Assembly: GCA_016124845.1 (NCBI GenBank)
Contig: WGMW01000004.1
Coordinates: 4,242-68,241 of the forward strand
DNA from: Flavobacteriales bacterium
GTDB taxonomy: Bacteria > Bacteroidota > Bacteroidia > UBA10329
Reading direction: 5' to 3'
DNA length: 64,000 bases
The notes under the pieces are model-generated. The model did no database searches. It was not told the origin of the DNA and saw only the letters and a program-made list of their open reading frames with translations. This document shows, one piece after another, positions 9,934 to 19,915 of the stretch (positions within the stretch are counted from its first letter, which is position 1; the number at the start of each line of letters is the position of its first letter). The position numbers and the translations under genes are program-made.

Positions 9934-11358
9934 ATGAGTTTCAACAAGACAAAGATCGTAGCCACCATCGGCCCAGCATCCTCTTCAAAAGCAATGCTGA
10001 AGACGATGATCGAAAGCGGAATGAACATCGCTCGATTGAACTTTTCGCATGGGAAATATGAAGACCACTCGAAAGTGATCAAGAACATTCGTGAACTGAA
10101 CGAAGAACTCGGAACACACGTGGGCATGCTGGCCGACCTGCAAGGTCCGAAGATCCGTTTGGGAGAAGTGAAAGATGGCGGAGTGGAAATACGAAGCGGC
10201 CATCAGATCACGATCACCACCAAAAAATGCGAGGGTAACGCCAAGAAGGTTTATCTCACCTATCCCGAATTTCCGAAAGACGTGGCGGAAGGCGATACGA
10301 TTCTCATCAACGATGGAAAACTGGTGCTTCAGGTGACGGGAACGAACCGAAAGGACGAAGTGACCGCATCGGTAGAGCATGGCGGCATGATGGAATCGCG
10401 TAAAGGCGTGAACCTTCCAAACACGAAAATCTCCATGCCTTGCCTTACAGAAAAAGATCTGGCGGATCTTGACTTTGTACTTGAGCACAAATTGGAATGG
10501 GTCGGGCTTTCCTTTGTGCGGAGTGCGGAGGACATTCTGGAACTGAAAAGCATCATCAAAAAGCAAGGTTCAAAGACGCGAGTTGTAGCCAAGATCGAAA
10601 AGCCCGAAGCGGTGAAAGACCTGAACAACATCATCCGCGAAACCGATGCCGTAATGGTAGCGCGTGGCGACCTCGGTGTAGAAATTCCGATGCAAGAAGT
10701 TCCTGTGGTGCAAAAGAAAATCGTGAAGAAATGCCTGAACGAGGCGAAACCTGTGATCATTGCCACGCAGATGATGGAAAGCATGATCACCAACCCCGCA
10801 CCGACACGCGCGGAAGTGAATGATGTGGCCAATTCGGTTCTTGATGGCGCTGATGCGCTGATGCTGAGTGGCGAAACCAGCGTTGGAGACCATCCGGCCA
10901 TGGTCATCAAAGCCATGTACAGCATCATCCGTCACCTCGAAACCAAAGGCGACATCTACTACCGCAAACTCAACCCGATCTCGAGCATCGATCGTACTAT
11001 CACCGATTCCATCTGTCAGGCATCGGTGGAATTGGCCGCGCAATCTGATGCGAAGGGCATCATCACGATGACCAATTCGGGTTACACAGCATTTAAGATC
11101 GCGAGCTATCGGCCAAAGGCCAACATTTTCGTATTCACGGACAACCGCGCCATTCTGGATATGCTCAGTCTGGTGTGGGGCGTGCGCGGCTTCTTCTATG
11201 ACAAATACGTGAGCACCGACCACACCATCGCTGACCTGAAACTTCGGCTCAAACGCGAAGGGTTGGTGAAAGAGGGCGACCTCGTGATCAACATCGCCAG
11301 TATTCCGATCTCGGAACGCGGCCAATCGAACATGATGAAGTTGAGCATGGTGAATTGA
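9934..11358 (+). CDS. pyk: pyruvate kinase
   Basis: KTKIVATIGPAS, RLNFSHG, DLQGPKIR, MVARGDLGVE, ATQMMESM. Confidence 0.98.
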   Translation: MSFNKTKIVATIGPASSSKAMLKTMIESGMNIARLNFSHGKYEDHSKVIKNIRELNEELGTHVGMLADLQGPKIRLGEVKDGGVEIRSGHQITITTKKCEGNAKKVYLTYPEFPKDVAEGDTILINDGKLVLQVTGTNRKDEVTASVEHGGMMESRKGVNLPNTKISMPCLTEKDLADLDFVLEHKLEWVGLSFVRSAEDILELKSIIKKQGSKTRVVAKIEKPEAVKDLNNIIRETDAVMVARGDLGVEIPMQEVPVVQKKIVKKCLNEAKPVIIATQMMESMITNPAPTRAEVNDVANSVLDGADALMLSGETSVGDHPAMVIKAMYSIIRHLETKGDIYYRKLNPISSIDRTITDSICQASVELAAQSDAKGIITMTNSGYTAFKIASYRPKANIFVFTDNRAILDMLSLVWGVRGFFYDKYVSTDHTIADLKLRLKREGLVKEGDLVINIASIPISERGQSNMMKLSMVN

Positions 11359-11377
11359 TATTGGCATTAGGTTAGAT

Positions 11378-11393
11378 ACGCGATGCATCGCGT
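11378..11393. repeat. perfect 16-bp intergenic palindrome
   Basis: ACGCGATGCATCGCGT immediately after pyk. Confidence 0.5.
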
Positions 11394-11444
11394 CACTACG
11401 AGCAATAATCCTTTTCATAGTTTTGGCGATTCAAAACTGAAATC

Positions 11445-12491
11445 ATGGCTATAAACGTTCAATTGCTGGCTGAAATATGTGAAGTTGCTGGCGCACCAGG
11501 TTACGAAAAACGCATCCGAGATATTGTACTTCGTGAAGTAACACCTTTGGTTGATGAGGTGAAAGTTGACAACATGGGCAACGTCACCGCCATCAAAAAA
11601 GGCAAGAAGGACAAGAAAGTGATGATCGGTGCGCACATGGACGAGATCAGTTTCATTGTGACACATATCGAAGAAGGAGGTTTCCTGCGTTTCCACACGC
11701 TCGGTGGTTTCGATCCGAAAACGCTTACGGCTCAGCGCGTAATTGTTCACGGAAAGAAAGACCTAATCGGTGTGATGGGCTCCAAACCCATTCATGTAAT
11801 GACTGCTGAGGAACGCACCAAGCTGCCGAAGACCACCGATTACTTCATCGATATGGGAATGTCGAAAGAGGAAGTGGAGAAATACGTTTCCGTTGGCGAT
11901 GTCGTCACACGCGAGCGCAAACTCATTGAAATGGGCAATTGCGTGAACTGCAAAAGCATCGACAACCGTGTTTCCGTATTCATTCTAATTGAAGCGCTGA
12001 GAACGTTGGGAGATGTGCCGTATGATGTTTACGGAGTCTTTACCGTGCAAGAAGAGATCGGCATCCGAGGTGCGCAGGTTTCATCCTTGCAACATCAGCC
12101 CGATTTCGGTTTCGGGTTGGACACGACCATTGCCTATGATGTTCCTGGAGCACAGGCTCATGAGAAGATCACGGAGCTTGGTAAAGGCACGGGCATCAAG
12201 ATCATGGATGCTTCTACCGTTTGCGATTACCGCATGGTGGAATACATGAAAAAAACTGCCGACAAGCACAAGATCCAATGGCAGCCTGAGGTGCTTACCG
12301 CTGGCGGAACCGATACCGCAGCCATTCAGCGTTACAGCGCGGGTGGTGCCATTTCAGGTGCTATTTCCATCCCCACGCGCCACATTCATCAGGTTATTGA
12401 AATGGCCGACAAAGGCGACATCGAAAAGAGCATTCTTCTTCTTCAGCGTTGTCTGGAAGAGCTGCATACGTTTGATTGGGAGCATCGGTGA
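11445..12491 (+). CDS. M42 family aminopeptidase
   Basis: AHMDEI, IDNRVS, VQEEIGIRGA, GGTD, IPTRHIH. Confidence 0.93.
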   Translation: MAINVQLLAEICEVAGAPGYEKRIRDIVLREVTPLVDEVKVDNMGNVTAIKKGKKDKKVMIGAHMDEISFIVTHIEEGGFLRFHTLGGFDPKTLTAQRVIVHGKKDLIGVMGSKPIHVMTAEERTKLPKTTDYFIDMGMSKEEVEKYVSVGDVVTRERKLIEMGNCVNCKSIDNRVSVFILIEALRTLGDVPYDVYGVFTVQEEIGIRGAQVSSLQHQPDFGFGLDTTIAYDVPGAQAHEKITELGKGTGIKIMDASTVCDYRMVEYMKKTADKHKIQWQPEVLTAGGTDTAAIQRYSAGGAISGAISIPTRHIHQVIEMADKGDIEKSILLLQRCLEELHTFDWEHR

Positions 12492-13213
12492 GTCCAATTC
12501 GAATCATCGGACTGATGCTACTTTGCGGAGCGACTGCTGCGATGGCTCGGTTCGCTGTACCATCACAAGAAACCAAAATTGTAAGCCACGAAGTGGATCC
12601 GAAAAAAGGTTCACTATCGTTGGTTTGGAAAGATGGAAACAATCATGTTTACGGAAATTTCGGAACGCTGATAACGGAACTTGAACACAATGGTCAGGAT
12701 TTGGTGTTCGCAATGAATGGAGGCATGTATATGGCAGACCAAACACCACTTGGTCTCTATATTGAAAATGGGAACACGCTCAGAAATGTGAACAAGGTTC
12801 AAGAAGCACACGGCAATTTTTATCTTCAACCGAACGGCATCTTTTACATCACCAAGGACAATAAGGCTGTTGTTTGCACCACACCAAAATTTGACGTTTC
12901 AAACGTGAAATATGCCACCCAGTCTGGTCCAATGTTGGTGATCGATGGGAAAATCCATCCAAAGTTCACGGAAGTTTCTTCCAATGTGCATATCCGAAAC
13001 GGTGTTGGTATTCTTCCCAATGGGAACGTTCTTTTTGCCATTTCCACGGAAAAGGTCAACCTGTTTGATTTCGCTACTTTCTTCCAATCCAAAGGCTGCA
13101 AAAACGCGCTCTACTTGGACGGGTTTGTATCACGGATGTACCTCCCAGAAAAAGGATGGAATGGACTTGATGGCAATTTCGGTGTCATCATTTCCGAAAT
13201 AAAAGGTAAATAA
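12488..13213 (+). CDS. phosphodiester glycosidase family protein (YigE/DUF2233-like)
   Basis: FAMNGGMY, GNFYLQPNGIF, TQSGPMLV, NALYLDG; signal peptide. Confidence 0.85.
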   Translation: MSPIRIIGLMLLCGATAAMARFAVPSQETKIVSHEVDPKKGSLSLVWKDGNNHVYGNFGTLITELEHNGQDLVFAMNGGMYMADQTPLGLYIENGNTLRNVNKVQEAHGNFYLQPNGIFYITKDNKAVVCTTPKFDVSNVKYATQSGPMLVIDGKIHPKFTEVSSNVHIRNGVGILPNGNVLFAISTEKVNLFDFATFFQSKGCKNALYLDGFVSRMYLPEKGWNGLDGNFGVIISEIKGK

Positions 13214-13230
13214 TTGTTTACTTTTGTTTG

Positions 13231-13419
13231 GTGAAATGTTCACAGCTTTTACGGATTCTTCAAAAAGACGGCTGGTATGCTGTTTCTCAGAAAGGTTCCC
13301 ACGTGAAACTGCAACATGACACGAAAAGCGGCACTATCATCTTTCCGAACCACGGTAGTCAGGAAATGGGAAAAGGTTTGGAAAAGAAGATACTGAAGGA
13401 TGCTGGAATAAAGTTGTAA
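13231..13419 (+). CDS. hicA: HicA family mRNA interferase toxin
   Basis: DGWYAVSQKGSHVKLQH, PNHG, ILKDAGI. Confidence 0.9.
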   Translation: MKCSQLLRILQKDGWYAVSQKGSHVKLQHDTKSGTIIFPNHGSQEMGKGLEKKILKDAGIKL

Positions 13420-13423
13420 GACC

Positions 13424-13819
13424 ATGGCAAAGAAGAAGATCACATTCGTAGTTGAAAAGACTGATACGGGGTTTTCCGCTTACGCTGATGCTCAATCAGT
13501 GTTCACCACAGGGCGCACCATACCTGAACTGATGAATAACGCCTTGGAGGCGGTGCAACTTTACTTCGAAGACGAAATTGTGGTGATCAAACACGAAGAC
13601 CTTCGGTTCGAATTCGACTTCCAACAGTTCTTTCAATACTATAAGGTCCTGAACGCTAAATTCCTTGCAGAGAAGATCGGTATGAATCCCACGTTGCTTT
13701 CTCAGTATGTGCAGGGACACAAAAAGCCTTCGCGCAAGCAGACAGAGAAAATCCTGAACGGAATTCATCAAATAGGCCAGGAGCTTGCAGACCTCAATCT
13801 TTTCTCCAAAGCCTCTTAA
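13424..13819 (+). CDS. HicB-like antitoxin with C-terminal HTH
   Basis: VVEKTDTGFSAY...TGRTIPELMNN N-domain, LAEKIGMNPTLLSQY HTH, directly after hicA. Confidence 0.85.
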   Translation: MAKKKITFVVEKTDTGFSAYADAQSVFTTGRTIPELMNNALEAVQLYFEDEIVVIKHEDLRFEFDFQQFFQYYKVLNAKFLAEKIGMNPTLLSQYVQGHKKPSRKQTEKILNGIHQIGQELADLNLFSKAS

Positions 13820-13823
13820 AAAC

Positions 13824-14786
13824 CTACCTCCCCCCGATCGTCAAATAAGCGATGTACGCCATGTAGGCCAGCAGCATCAAACCGCCTTGCCATTTCTGCA
13901 AGACCTGTTTCTTGCCGATGAAGAGCAGGATGAACAGCAGCGCACTACAAGCAATGTTGACGATGATGCTGAAGTTGTCCTCTGGGTTGAAATCCATGGG
14001 GCTGATGGTGGCAGAAAGACCCAGCACCCAAAAAGTGTTGAAGATGTTGGAACCGATCACATTGCCGATGGCCAGATCGGTGTTGCCTTTTCTTACTGCC
14101 ACCACGCCAGTTGCCAGTTCAGGAAGCGAGGTTCCAACAGCTACAATGGTGAATCCGATGAACGATTCGGAATACCCGAAGAGTCGCGCCAACGCCACGG
14201 CACCATCCACGATCCATTGTCCGCCAATGACCAGTCCCGTCAATCCTACGAGCAGCATGCCGATGGATTTCCACATGGGGCGTGCATCATGCGTTTCTGG
14301 AAGTTCTTCGGTAAGATTGTTCTTCCCCAAACGGAACGTGTAGAACATGAACAACAGAAACAGCGCGATGAGTACCAGCCCATCTGCGCGGCTTACCATA
14401 TCACTCGCATAATTGCCAGATATCTGGTCGTTGACCATGTAACCTAAAATCAGCGCAGCAAAGAGGCTGAATGGAATCTCGCGCCAGACCGTATTCCGTT
14501 GCACGGAAAGGTCACGGATCATGGCGCTTACGCCCAGAATAAGCAGGATATTGGCAATGTTGCTTCCAACGATATTGCCAATGGCCAACCCGTTGTTTCC
14601 ACTCACCGATGCAATAACGTTGACCGCCAGTTCGGGTGCAGATGTGCCGAACGCCACCACCGTCAGCCCGATAACGATCTCAGGAATTCGGAATTTCCGT
14701 GCGATGTCGGCCGCACCTTCAATGAGCCAATCAGCGCCCTTTATCAGCAGCACAAACCCAACGGCAAACAGGAAGTAGACGAGCAT
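13824..14786 (-). CDS. calcium/sodium antiporter (YrbG family)
   Basis: duplicated GTSAPEL / GTSLPEL and GNIVGSN / GNVIGSN alpha repeats. Confidence 0.93.
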   Translation of the reverse strand: MLVYFLFAVGFVLLIKGADWLIEGAADIARKFRIPEIVIGLTVVAFGTSAPELAVNVIASVSGNNGLAIGNIVGSNIANILLILGVSAMIRDLSVQRNTVWREIPFSLFAALILGYMVNDQISGNYASDMVSRADGLVLIALFLLFMFYTFRLGKNNLTEELPETHDARPMWKSIGMLLVGLTGLVIGGQWIVDGAVALARLFGYSESFIGFTIVAVGTSLPELATGVVAVRKGNTDLAIGNVIGSNIFNTFWVLGLSATISPMDFNPEDNFSIIVNIACSALLFILLFIGKKQVLQKWQGGLMLLAYMAYIAYLTIGGR

Positions 14787-14823
14787 GCGGCAAAGATAGA
14801 TTTAGGATTGATGCAGCGTGAGA

Positions 14824-14902
14824 TGTCATTCCGACCGAAGCGGAGGAATCTATTTCTTCCAGCCAAAGATTTCTCCGCTCACTTCGGTCGGTCGAAATGA
14901 CA
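14824..14902. repeat. palindromic intergenic repeat (TGTCATT...AATGACA family), copy 1
   Basis: imperfect inverted repeat; 3' arm 14866-14902 matches 27682-27718 at 35 of 37 nt. Confidence 0.75.
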
Positions 14903-14908
14903 CGGAAA

Positions 14909-15757
14909 TCACCGCGCGTGCTTCCAACGATTATGCGTCCAAAGCCAATTCTCAGGCTGCCGCGAGATGCTTTCTTCTAAAAAACGAACGTACGCTTCGG
15001 TTATCTCGCCTTCGCTGGTTTTGCTGCCATCCTCAAACGCCAGTTTCGAAACGCTTTTGTAGTGTCCGCGCTTTATGCGCACCATCTCATCAAACACCAC
15101 GGCATGGCCTTTCCGTCTGGCAAGGATCTCCAGCCCTTTGTGAAAAGGCACTTCGCGGCCGAAGAAATCCGTCCAATATGCACGTCTTCTATCTGATGGA
15201 TTCTGATCGGCCAGAAAAACGGTCATCGAAGGCTTTTCGGGGTCGGTCATCATGGCTTTGAGGTCGTTTGCAGGAATGAGTTCCGTACCGTATTTCAAGC
15301 GGTAATCGTTTACCAATCGCTCCATCGCCTTGTTGTTCACCATCATGTAAATGATACGGATGTGGAACTGCGTGTGGTGGTTCAGGATCCAATTTCCCCA
15401 CTCCCAATTGAACTGATGCGAAGTGGCCTGAAGCACATGTCTTCCATCTGCATAAAGCTTATCGTACACGGATGTATCAACCTCAAACCGCTCCGAAATC
15501 TCTTCAGGCGAAGCCTTGAGCAACTTGATGGTTTCCAGCACCTGATCACAGAAATTCCTGTAAAACTGGATACTGATGTCGTAAAGTTCTTCCGTTTTCT
15601 TCTCAGGAAAAGCGGCCGTGAGATTGCGCATCACCAACTTTCTACGATACCAGATGACGTGATAAAGCACGAAAAAGAACAGGTCCGAGACCACATACAG
15701 CGCCCACCACGGCAAGCGGGCAATGCCACCCAAAAAGAATTTGAGAAAACCGTACAT
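14909..15757 (-). CDS. lysophospholipid / lipid A acyltransferase (LpxL-like)
   Basis: SHQFNWEW (Hx4E), FLADQ, FFGREV, PENWLWTHNRWK. Confidence 0.9.
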   Translation of the reverse strand: MYGFLKFFLGGIARLPWWALYVVSDLFFFVLYHVIWYRRKLVMRNLTAAFPEKKTEELYDISIQFYRNFCDQVLETIKLLKASPEEISERFEVDTSVYDKLYADGRHVLQATSHQFNWEWGNWILNHHTQFHIRIIYMMVNNKAMERLVNDYRLKYGTELIPANDLKAMMTDPEKPSMTVFLADQNPSDRRRAYWTDFFGREVPFHKGLEILARRKGHAVVFDEMVRIKRGHYKSVSKLAFEDGSKTSEGEITEAYVRFLEESISRQPENWLWTHNRWKHAR

Positions 15758-15820
15758 GCTGCAAAGATGCTCACTCCCAAGAAAAGACCATATAACACCG
15801 CAATGTTCGTATATTGAACC

Positions 15821-17086
15821 ATGCTTCGCGGAATCGGAATGTCTGTCCTGCTCTCGTGGATCTGTTTGAATTCGTACGCTCAATTGCCGCATCCCAACGA
15901 CACGTTGGAGAATGGCAAAAAAGTGCCGTTCAATCAGTTCATGGGAAGGTTTTCCGTGTTCAATGATCTTGGAGGAGCTGCTTACTACTATTCGCTAAAT
16001 GTTGGCTATAGCGTGTTCAAGTCCGATCTGGCGTCAATTGACATAACCTTAGGAGCAAATAGGGTTCAATACGGTCAGTACGGTTGGAAAGAAGGGGTGG
16101 TAAATGGTTTTTTCATTCCGGTTGGAATCAGCTCCTACATTGGGAGACGTAAAAGTCGATTCAACTTACGAGCAGGTTATTCCCCACAGGTTTTTTCCCA
16201 ACTATTAAGCACTAAAAAATTAGATGATTGCAGCGGTTGTTCTCTCGTAGAGCAACGGTTCTTTTTCTCCGTTGGATATACCTACCAAAACCCTTATGGC
16301 TTCTTTTTGGGTGTCAATGCCAACTTGCTACTTCAGATATGGTCACAGGCTGAGCGAGATTTCTTTCCGGGCAAAGTCGGTTATCAACCATGGCCCGGAT
16401 TGGTTCTTGGCTATCGGCTTCCTTCCAAACAGCGACATAATGAATGGCGAGAACGGGGATTTAAGAAGCGGGTTCTTCGACTCGAAGACAAGAAAGAAAA
16501 ACAGCAAGAAGCGTATAATGATATCGATCGGGTTTTCTATAAAGATGAACCTCTTGAGGTTGACTCTGCCGACATGAAGGAAATTGAGGCCAAACTTGCC
16601 AAACTGAAACGCCAACACGAACGCTACCTGAAAGAAGAACAGCGACTGAACGGAAGAAGTCTTGTGTATGCGGAGTTTTTCGGTGCCACAGGAATTGCTT
16701 CTGTCAATTACACCTACACGCATCCCATTGCAAGGTCGAAAATCTTTATGATGGAATATCGCGGAGGTTTCGGGGCAGACCGCCACAATTTGCAGTTGCC
16801 CGTACATGTTGGTTTCAAAGCCATGAAGAACTATCGAGGCACAGGGGTTTTTCTGGGCGTGGTTCCACAATACAACCCGAGAACAGGCTCGTTCGGGGCT
16901 GTGTATTTTCTCGAACACAATGTCGAATTCCACTTCGCGTACGGAATAACAGGTGGCGTGGCCTTCTACCTTTTCTATGACCCTTCTTACTACAAGAACC
17001 AATGGAACTTTTCTCCGTACGGTGGCTTCTTCCTCGGTTATCGTCTGCCGCAGATGAAGCGGGACAAAACAAAAGAAGCACCCTGA
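15821..17086 (+). CDS. hypothetical exported protein with two related beta-strand-rich halves
   Basis: signal peptide; both halves end in LGYRLP; charged helical linker. Confidence 0.7.
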   Translation: MLRGIGMSVLLSWICLNSYAQLPHPNDTLENGKKVPFNQFMGRFSVFNDLGGAAYYYSLNVGYSVFKSDLASIDITLGANRVQYGQYGWKEGVVNGFFIPVGISSYIGRRKSRFNLRAGYSPQVFSQLLSTKKLDDCSGCSLVEQRFFFSVGYTYQNPYGFFLGVNANLLLQIWSQAERDFFPGKVGYQPWPGLVLGYRLPSKQRHNEWRERGFKKRVLRLEDKKEKQQEAYNDIDRVFYKDEPLEVDSADMKEIEAKLAKLKRQHERYLKEEQRLNGRSLVYAEFFGATGIASVNYTYTHPIARSKIFMMEYRGGFGADRHNLQLPVHVGFKAMKNYRGTGVFLGVVPQYNPRTGSFGAVYFLEHNVEFHFAYGITGGVAFYLFYDPSYYKNQWNFSPYGGFFLGYRLPQMKRDKTKEAP

Positions 17087-17119
17087 AAAAGGATGCTTCT
17101 TTCCGGAAATCAAACCGAA

Positions 17120-17419
17120 TCAGTCGGTGGTCTGACAGACCTCTTGTGGAACCGATGACGTAATGGAAATGGTGGCCTGAATTCTGAGTTCAGCCCGATC
17201 TTTCTCTGCCTTTTCGGTCACCTGATGCATGAATCTGCACGATTCCTTCAGTTCAGCGATGCGGTGGGTTGACGCGGAGGTATCTGTCCCTCGCTCAAAT
17301 CCGCTGATCACTTTGATGTTGTGAAAACGGATCTTGTCTTCCAGTACCGTCAGAACAATCTCTTTGGCATCCTGCGGAGAAAACGTGCCGTTTATCAATT
17401 CTATCTGTTGTGTCTGCAT
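17120..17419 (-). CDS. hypothetical protein
   Basis: 99-aa ORF co-oriented with and 12 nt downstream of icd. Confidence 0.7.
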   Translation of the reverse strand: MQTQQIELINGTFSPQDAKEIVLTVLEDKIRFHNIKVISGFERGTDTSASTHRIAELKESCRFMHQVTEKAEKDRAELRIQATISITSSVPQEVCQTTD

Positions 17420-17431
17420 GTCAGTCGTTTT

Positions 17432-18871
17432 TTATTGTCCCTGTCCGAGTGAAAAGGCCGGTTTACCATCGAATTTGTAAAGATTCTCGGTCTTGATCGT
17501 GTCGATGTCATTTACCACAGCGTTACCCAAGATATCCACGATATGTTTCCGTTCTATCGGATGACCATTGGCAGGCGTAAAGCGGCAGCGCCAGTGATCG
17601 GTGCAGAAGGTTTCTTCAAACCCATCTGGCCACACCTTGATGCCCCGGTTGGTGATCATGGAAAGCATCAGGTCGTTGTTGTTCATGCCGTTGCTCAGCT
17701 TCTCGGCCAGTTCATTCGGGTTTCTGCCCGACCAGTGTACGAACACATCAACTCCCACCAGGTCTTTCTTGGCTGCGGGTTTTAATGTTGCCTTCGGTGG
17801 GCTGAACGGTTTTCCTTCTTGGTAAGAAACCGCATCCAGTTTTTGAGGAAGTTGACCCAAGTTGGCGATGACCGCATCTGCAAATTCCTTGGTGCCCACA
17901 CGCTTTTGGCTTACGCCCGCTTCATAAACGTCCTTGGTGTGAATTCCCTGTTCAACCGTGGTCAGCCAAGCGTTGTGCACCTTTTCGGCCACTGCGTTCT
18001 GTCCTATGTGGTTCAGCATCATAATGGCCCCGTGGATCAATCCCGAAGGATTGGCCGCATCCTGCCCTGCCAAGCGCGGTGCCGAACCGTGAATGGCCTC
18101 GAACATGGCGCAGGTTTCGCCAATGTTGGATGAGCCTGCCAACCCGACCGAACCAGCTATCTGCGCGGCCACATCCGAAAGCACATCTCCGTAAAGATTG
18201 GGCATGACGATGACATCGAAATTCTCTGGCGTGTCTGAGAGTTTGGCCGCACCGATGTCCACGATCCAGTGCTCGTTCTCTATTTCCGGATACTCTGGAG
18301 CGATCTCATCGAACACCTTATGGAAGAGGCCGTCCGTCTGCTTCATGATGTTGTCCTTGGTGAAGCACGTCACCTTCTTTCTGCCGTACTGTTTGGCATA
18401 TTCAAATGCGTAGCGGATGATCTTTTCGCAACCGGGTCGGCTGATGAGTTTAAGGCACTGCACCACTTCATCGGTCTGTTGGTGTTCGATGCCCGCGTAG
18501 AGGTCCTCCTCGTTTTCGCGGATGATGACCACATCCATTTTCGGATGTTTGGTGCGCACAAACGGATGCAAACTCCTGCATGGACGAACGTTGGCGTAGA
18601 GCCCCAGCATTTTCCGTGTGGTCACATTCAGGCTCTTGTACCCACCACCCTGTGGCGTAGTGATCGGTGCCTTCAGAAAAACCTTGTTTCTGCGGATACT
18701 TTCCCAGGCTTCCTTGCTAATTCCTGAGGTGTTCCCGGCCAGGTAGACTTGCTCACCCACTTCAATAAAATCGATGTCAAGTTCTGCTCCGGCAGCTTCC
18801 AGAATTCGGAGCGTGGCATCCATGATCTCTGGACCGATGCCGTCTCCTTTTGCAACTGTAATTCGTGTCAT
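17432..18871 (-). CDS. icd: NADP-dependent isocitrate dehydrogenase
   Basis: GDGIGPEI, KAPITTP, RENEEDLY, MPNLYGD, FEAIHGSAP. Confidence 0.93.
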   Translation of the reverse strand: MTRITVAKGDGIGPEIMDATLRILEAAGAELDIDFIEVGEQVYLAGNTSGISKEAWESIRRNKVFLKAPITTPQGGGYKSLNVTTRKMLGLYANVRPCRSLHPFVRTKHPKMDVVIIRENEEDLYAGIEHQQTDEVVQCLKLISRPGCEKIIRYAFEYAKQYGRKKVTCFTKDNIMKQTDGLFHKVFDEIAPEYPEIENEHWIVDIGAAKLSDTPENFDVIVMPNLYGDVLSDVAAQIAGSVGLAGSSNIGETCAMFEAIHGSAPRLAGQDAANPSGLIHGAIMMLNHIGQNAVAEKVHNAWLTTVEQGIHTKDVYEAGVSQKRVGTKEFADAVIANLGQLPQKLDAVSYQEGKPFSPPKATLKPAAKKDLVGVDVFVHWSGRNPNELAEKLSNGMNNNDLMLSMITNRGIKVWPDGFEETFCTDHWRCRFTPANGHPIERKHIVDILGNAVVNDIDTIKTENLYKFDGKPAFSLGQGQ

Positions 18872-18964
18872 GGCTTTTGTTTTTTGAGTTTGACACTGCA
18901 AATTTGAGTCGTCTAAAACATAATTGAAAGTTTATTGTTTTTATCAAAATCATAAGCAATAATT

Positions 18965-19891
18965 ATGAACTTCACTTTACATCAGTTACGTGTCTTTCAG
19001 AAGATCTGTGAAACCGGTAGCATCACCAAAGCTGCCAAGGAACTCTATCTCACGCAGCCTGCGGTCTCCATTCAACTGAAGAATCTGCAGGATCAATTCG
19101 ATATTCCCCTGACCGAGCTGATCGGCCGGAAAATTCACGTCACCGATTTCGGACGGCAAATAGCCGAAGCGGCATCCAACATTCTCAAAGAGGTGGAAAC
19201 GATCAATTATCAGACAATGATCCACAAGGGGCTGCTGGCCGGGAAACTCCGCATATCGGTGGTTTCTACTGGAAAATATGTGATGCCTTATTTCCTGACC
19301 GAATTTCTGCAACAGCATGATGGTGTGGAACTGGCCATGGATGTGACCAATAAATCGCAGGTGGTGGAAAGTTTGGAGAACAACGAGGTCGATTTTGCAC
19401 TGGTGTCCATTTTGCCCGAGCATCTGGAACTGGATTCGGTTTCGCTGATGCCGAACATGCTTTACCTGGTCGGCAGCCAAGTTCCGCCCAACGCAAAAGC
19501 GGACGGTCCGAACAATTTTCAGCTGTTGAACGACATCCAACTCATTTACCGAGAGAACGGCTCTGGTACCCGATTTACCATGGAGAATTTTCTGAAAGCG
19601 AACGGGCTTTCGACCAAAAAGCAACTTGAGCTCACATCAAACGAAGCGGTAAAACAGGCCGTTCTGGCTGGTCTTGGTTATTCCATTATGCCACTCATCG
19701 GAATCAGGAATGAACTGAAAAACGGCACGTTGAAGATCATTCCGGTCAAAGGCCTGCCGCTACAGACCAACTGGCATTTGACCTGGCTCAAGCAGAAACG
19801 ATTGTCACCGGTGGCCACCGCTTTTGTCAATTATCTGGAAACGAACAAAGACGAGATCATCCGATCGAAGTTTGAAGCATTGGCCGTGTAA
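18965..19891 (+). CDS. LysR family transcriptional regulator (CbbR/CmpR-like), divergent from icd
   Basis: TLHQLRVF...AAKELYLTQPAVSIQLK HTH; RENGSGTR; SNEAVKQAV. Confidence 0.93.
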   Translation: MNFTLHQLRVFQKICETGSITKAAKELYLTQPAVSIQLKNLQDQFDIPLTELIGRKIHVTDFGRQIAEAASNILKEVETINYQTMIHKGLLAGKLRISVVSTGKYVMPYFLTEFLQQHDGVELAMDVTNKSQVVESLENNEVDFALVSILPEHLELDSVSLMPNMLYLVGSQVPPNAKADGPNNFQLLNDIQLIYRENGSGTRFTMENFLKANGLSTKKQLELTSNEAVKQAVLAGLGYSIMPLIGIRNELKNGTLKIIPVKGLPLQTNWHLTWLKQKRLSPVATAFVNYLETNKDEIIRSKFEALAV

Positions 19892-19915
19892 CATTTTTCG
19901 TTTTCCTTTAGCATC

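Noticed and set aside
13231-13819. hicAB (and parDE at 40330-40867) as markers of mobile elements
   Set aside because: No flanking repeats or recombinases nearby; they look like ordinary stand-alone chromosomal toxin-antitoxin pairs.
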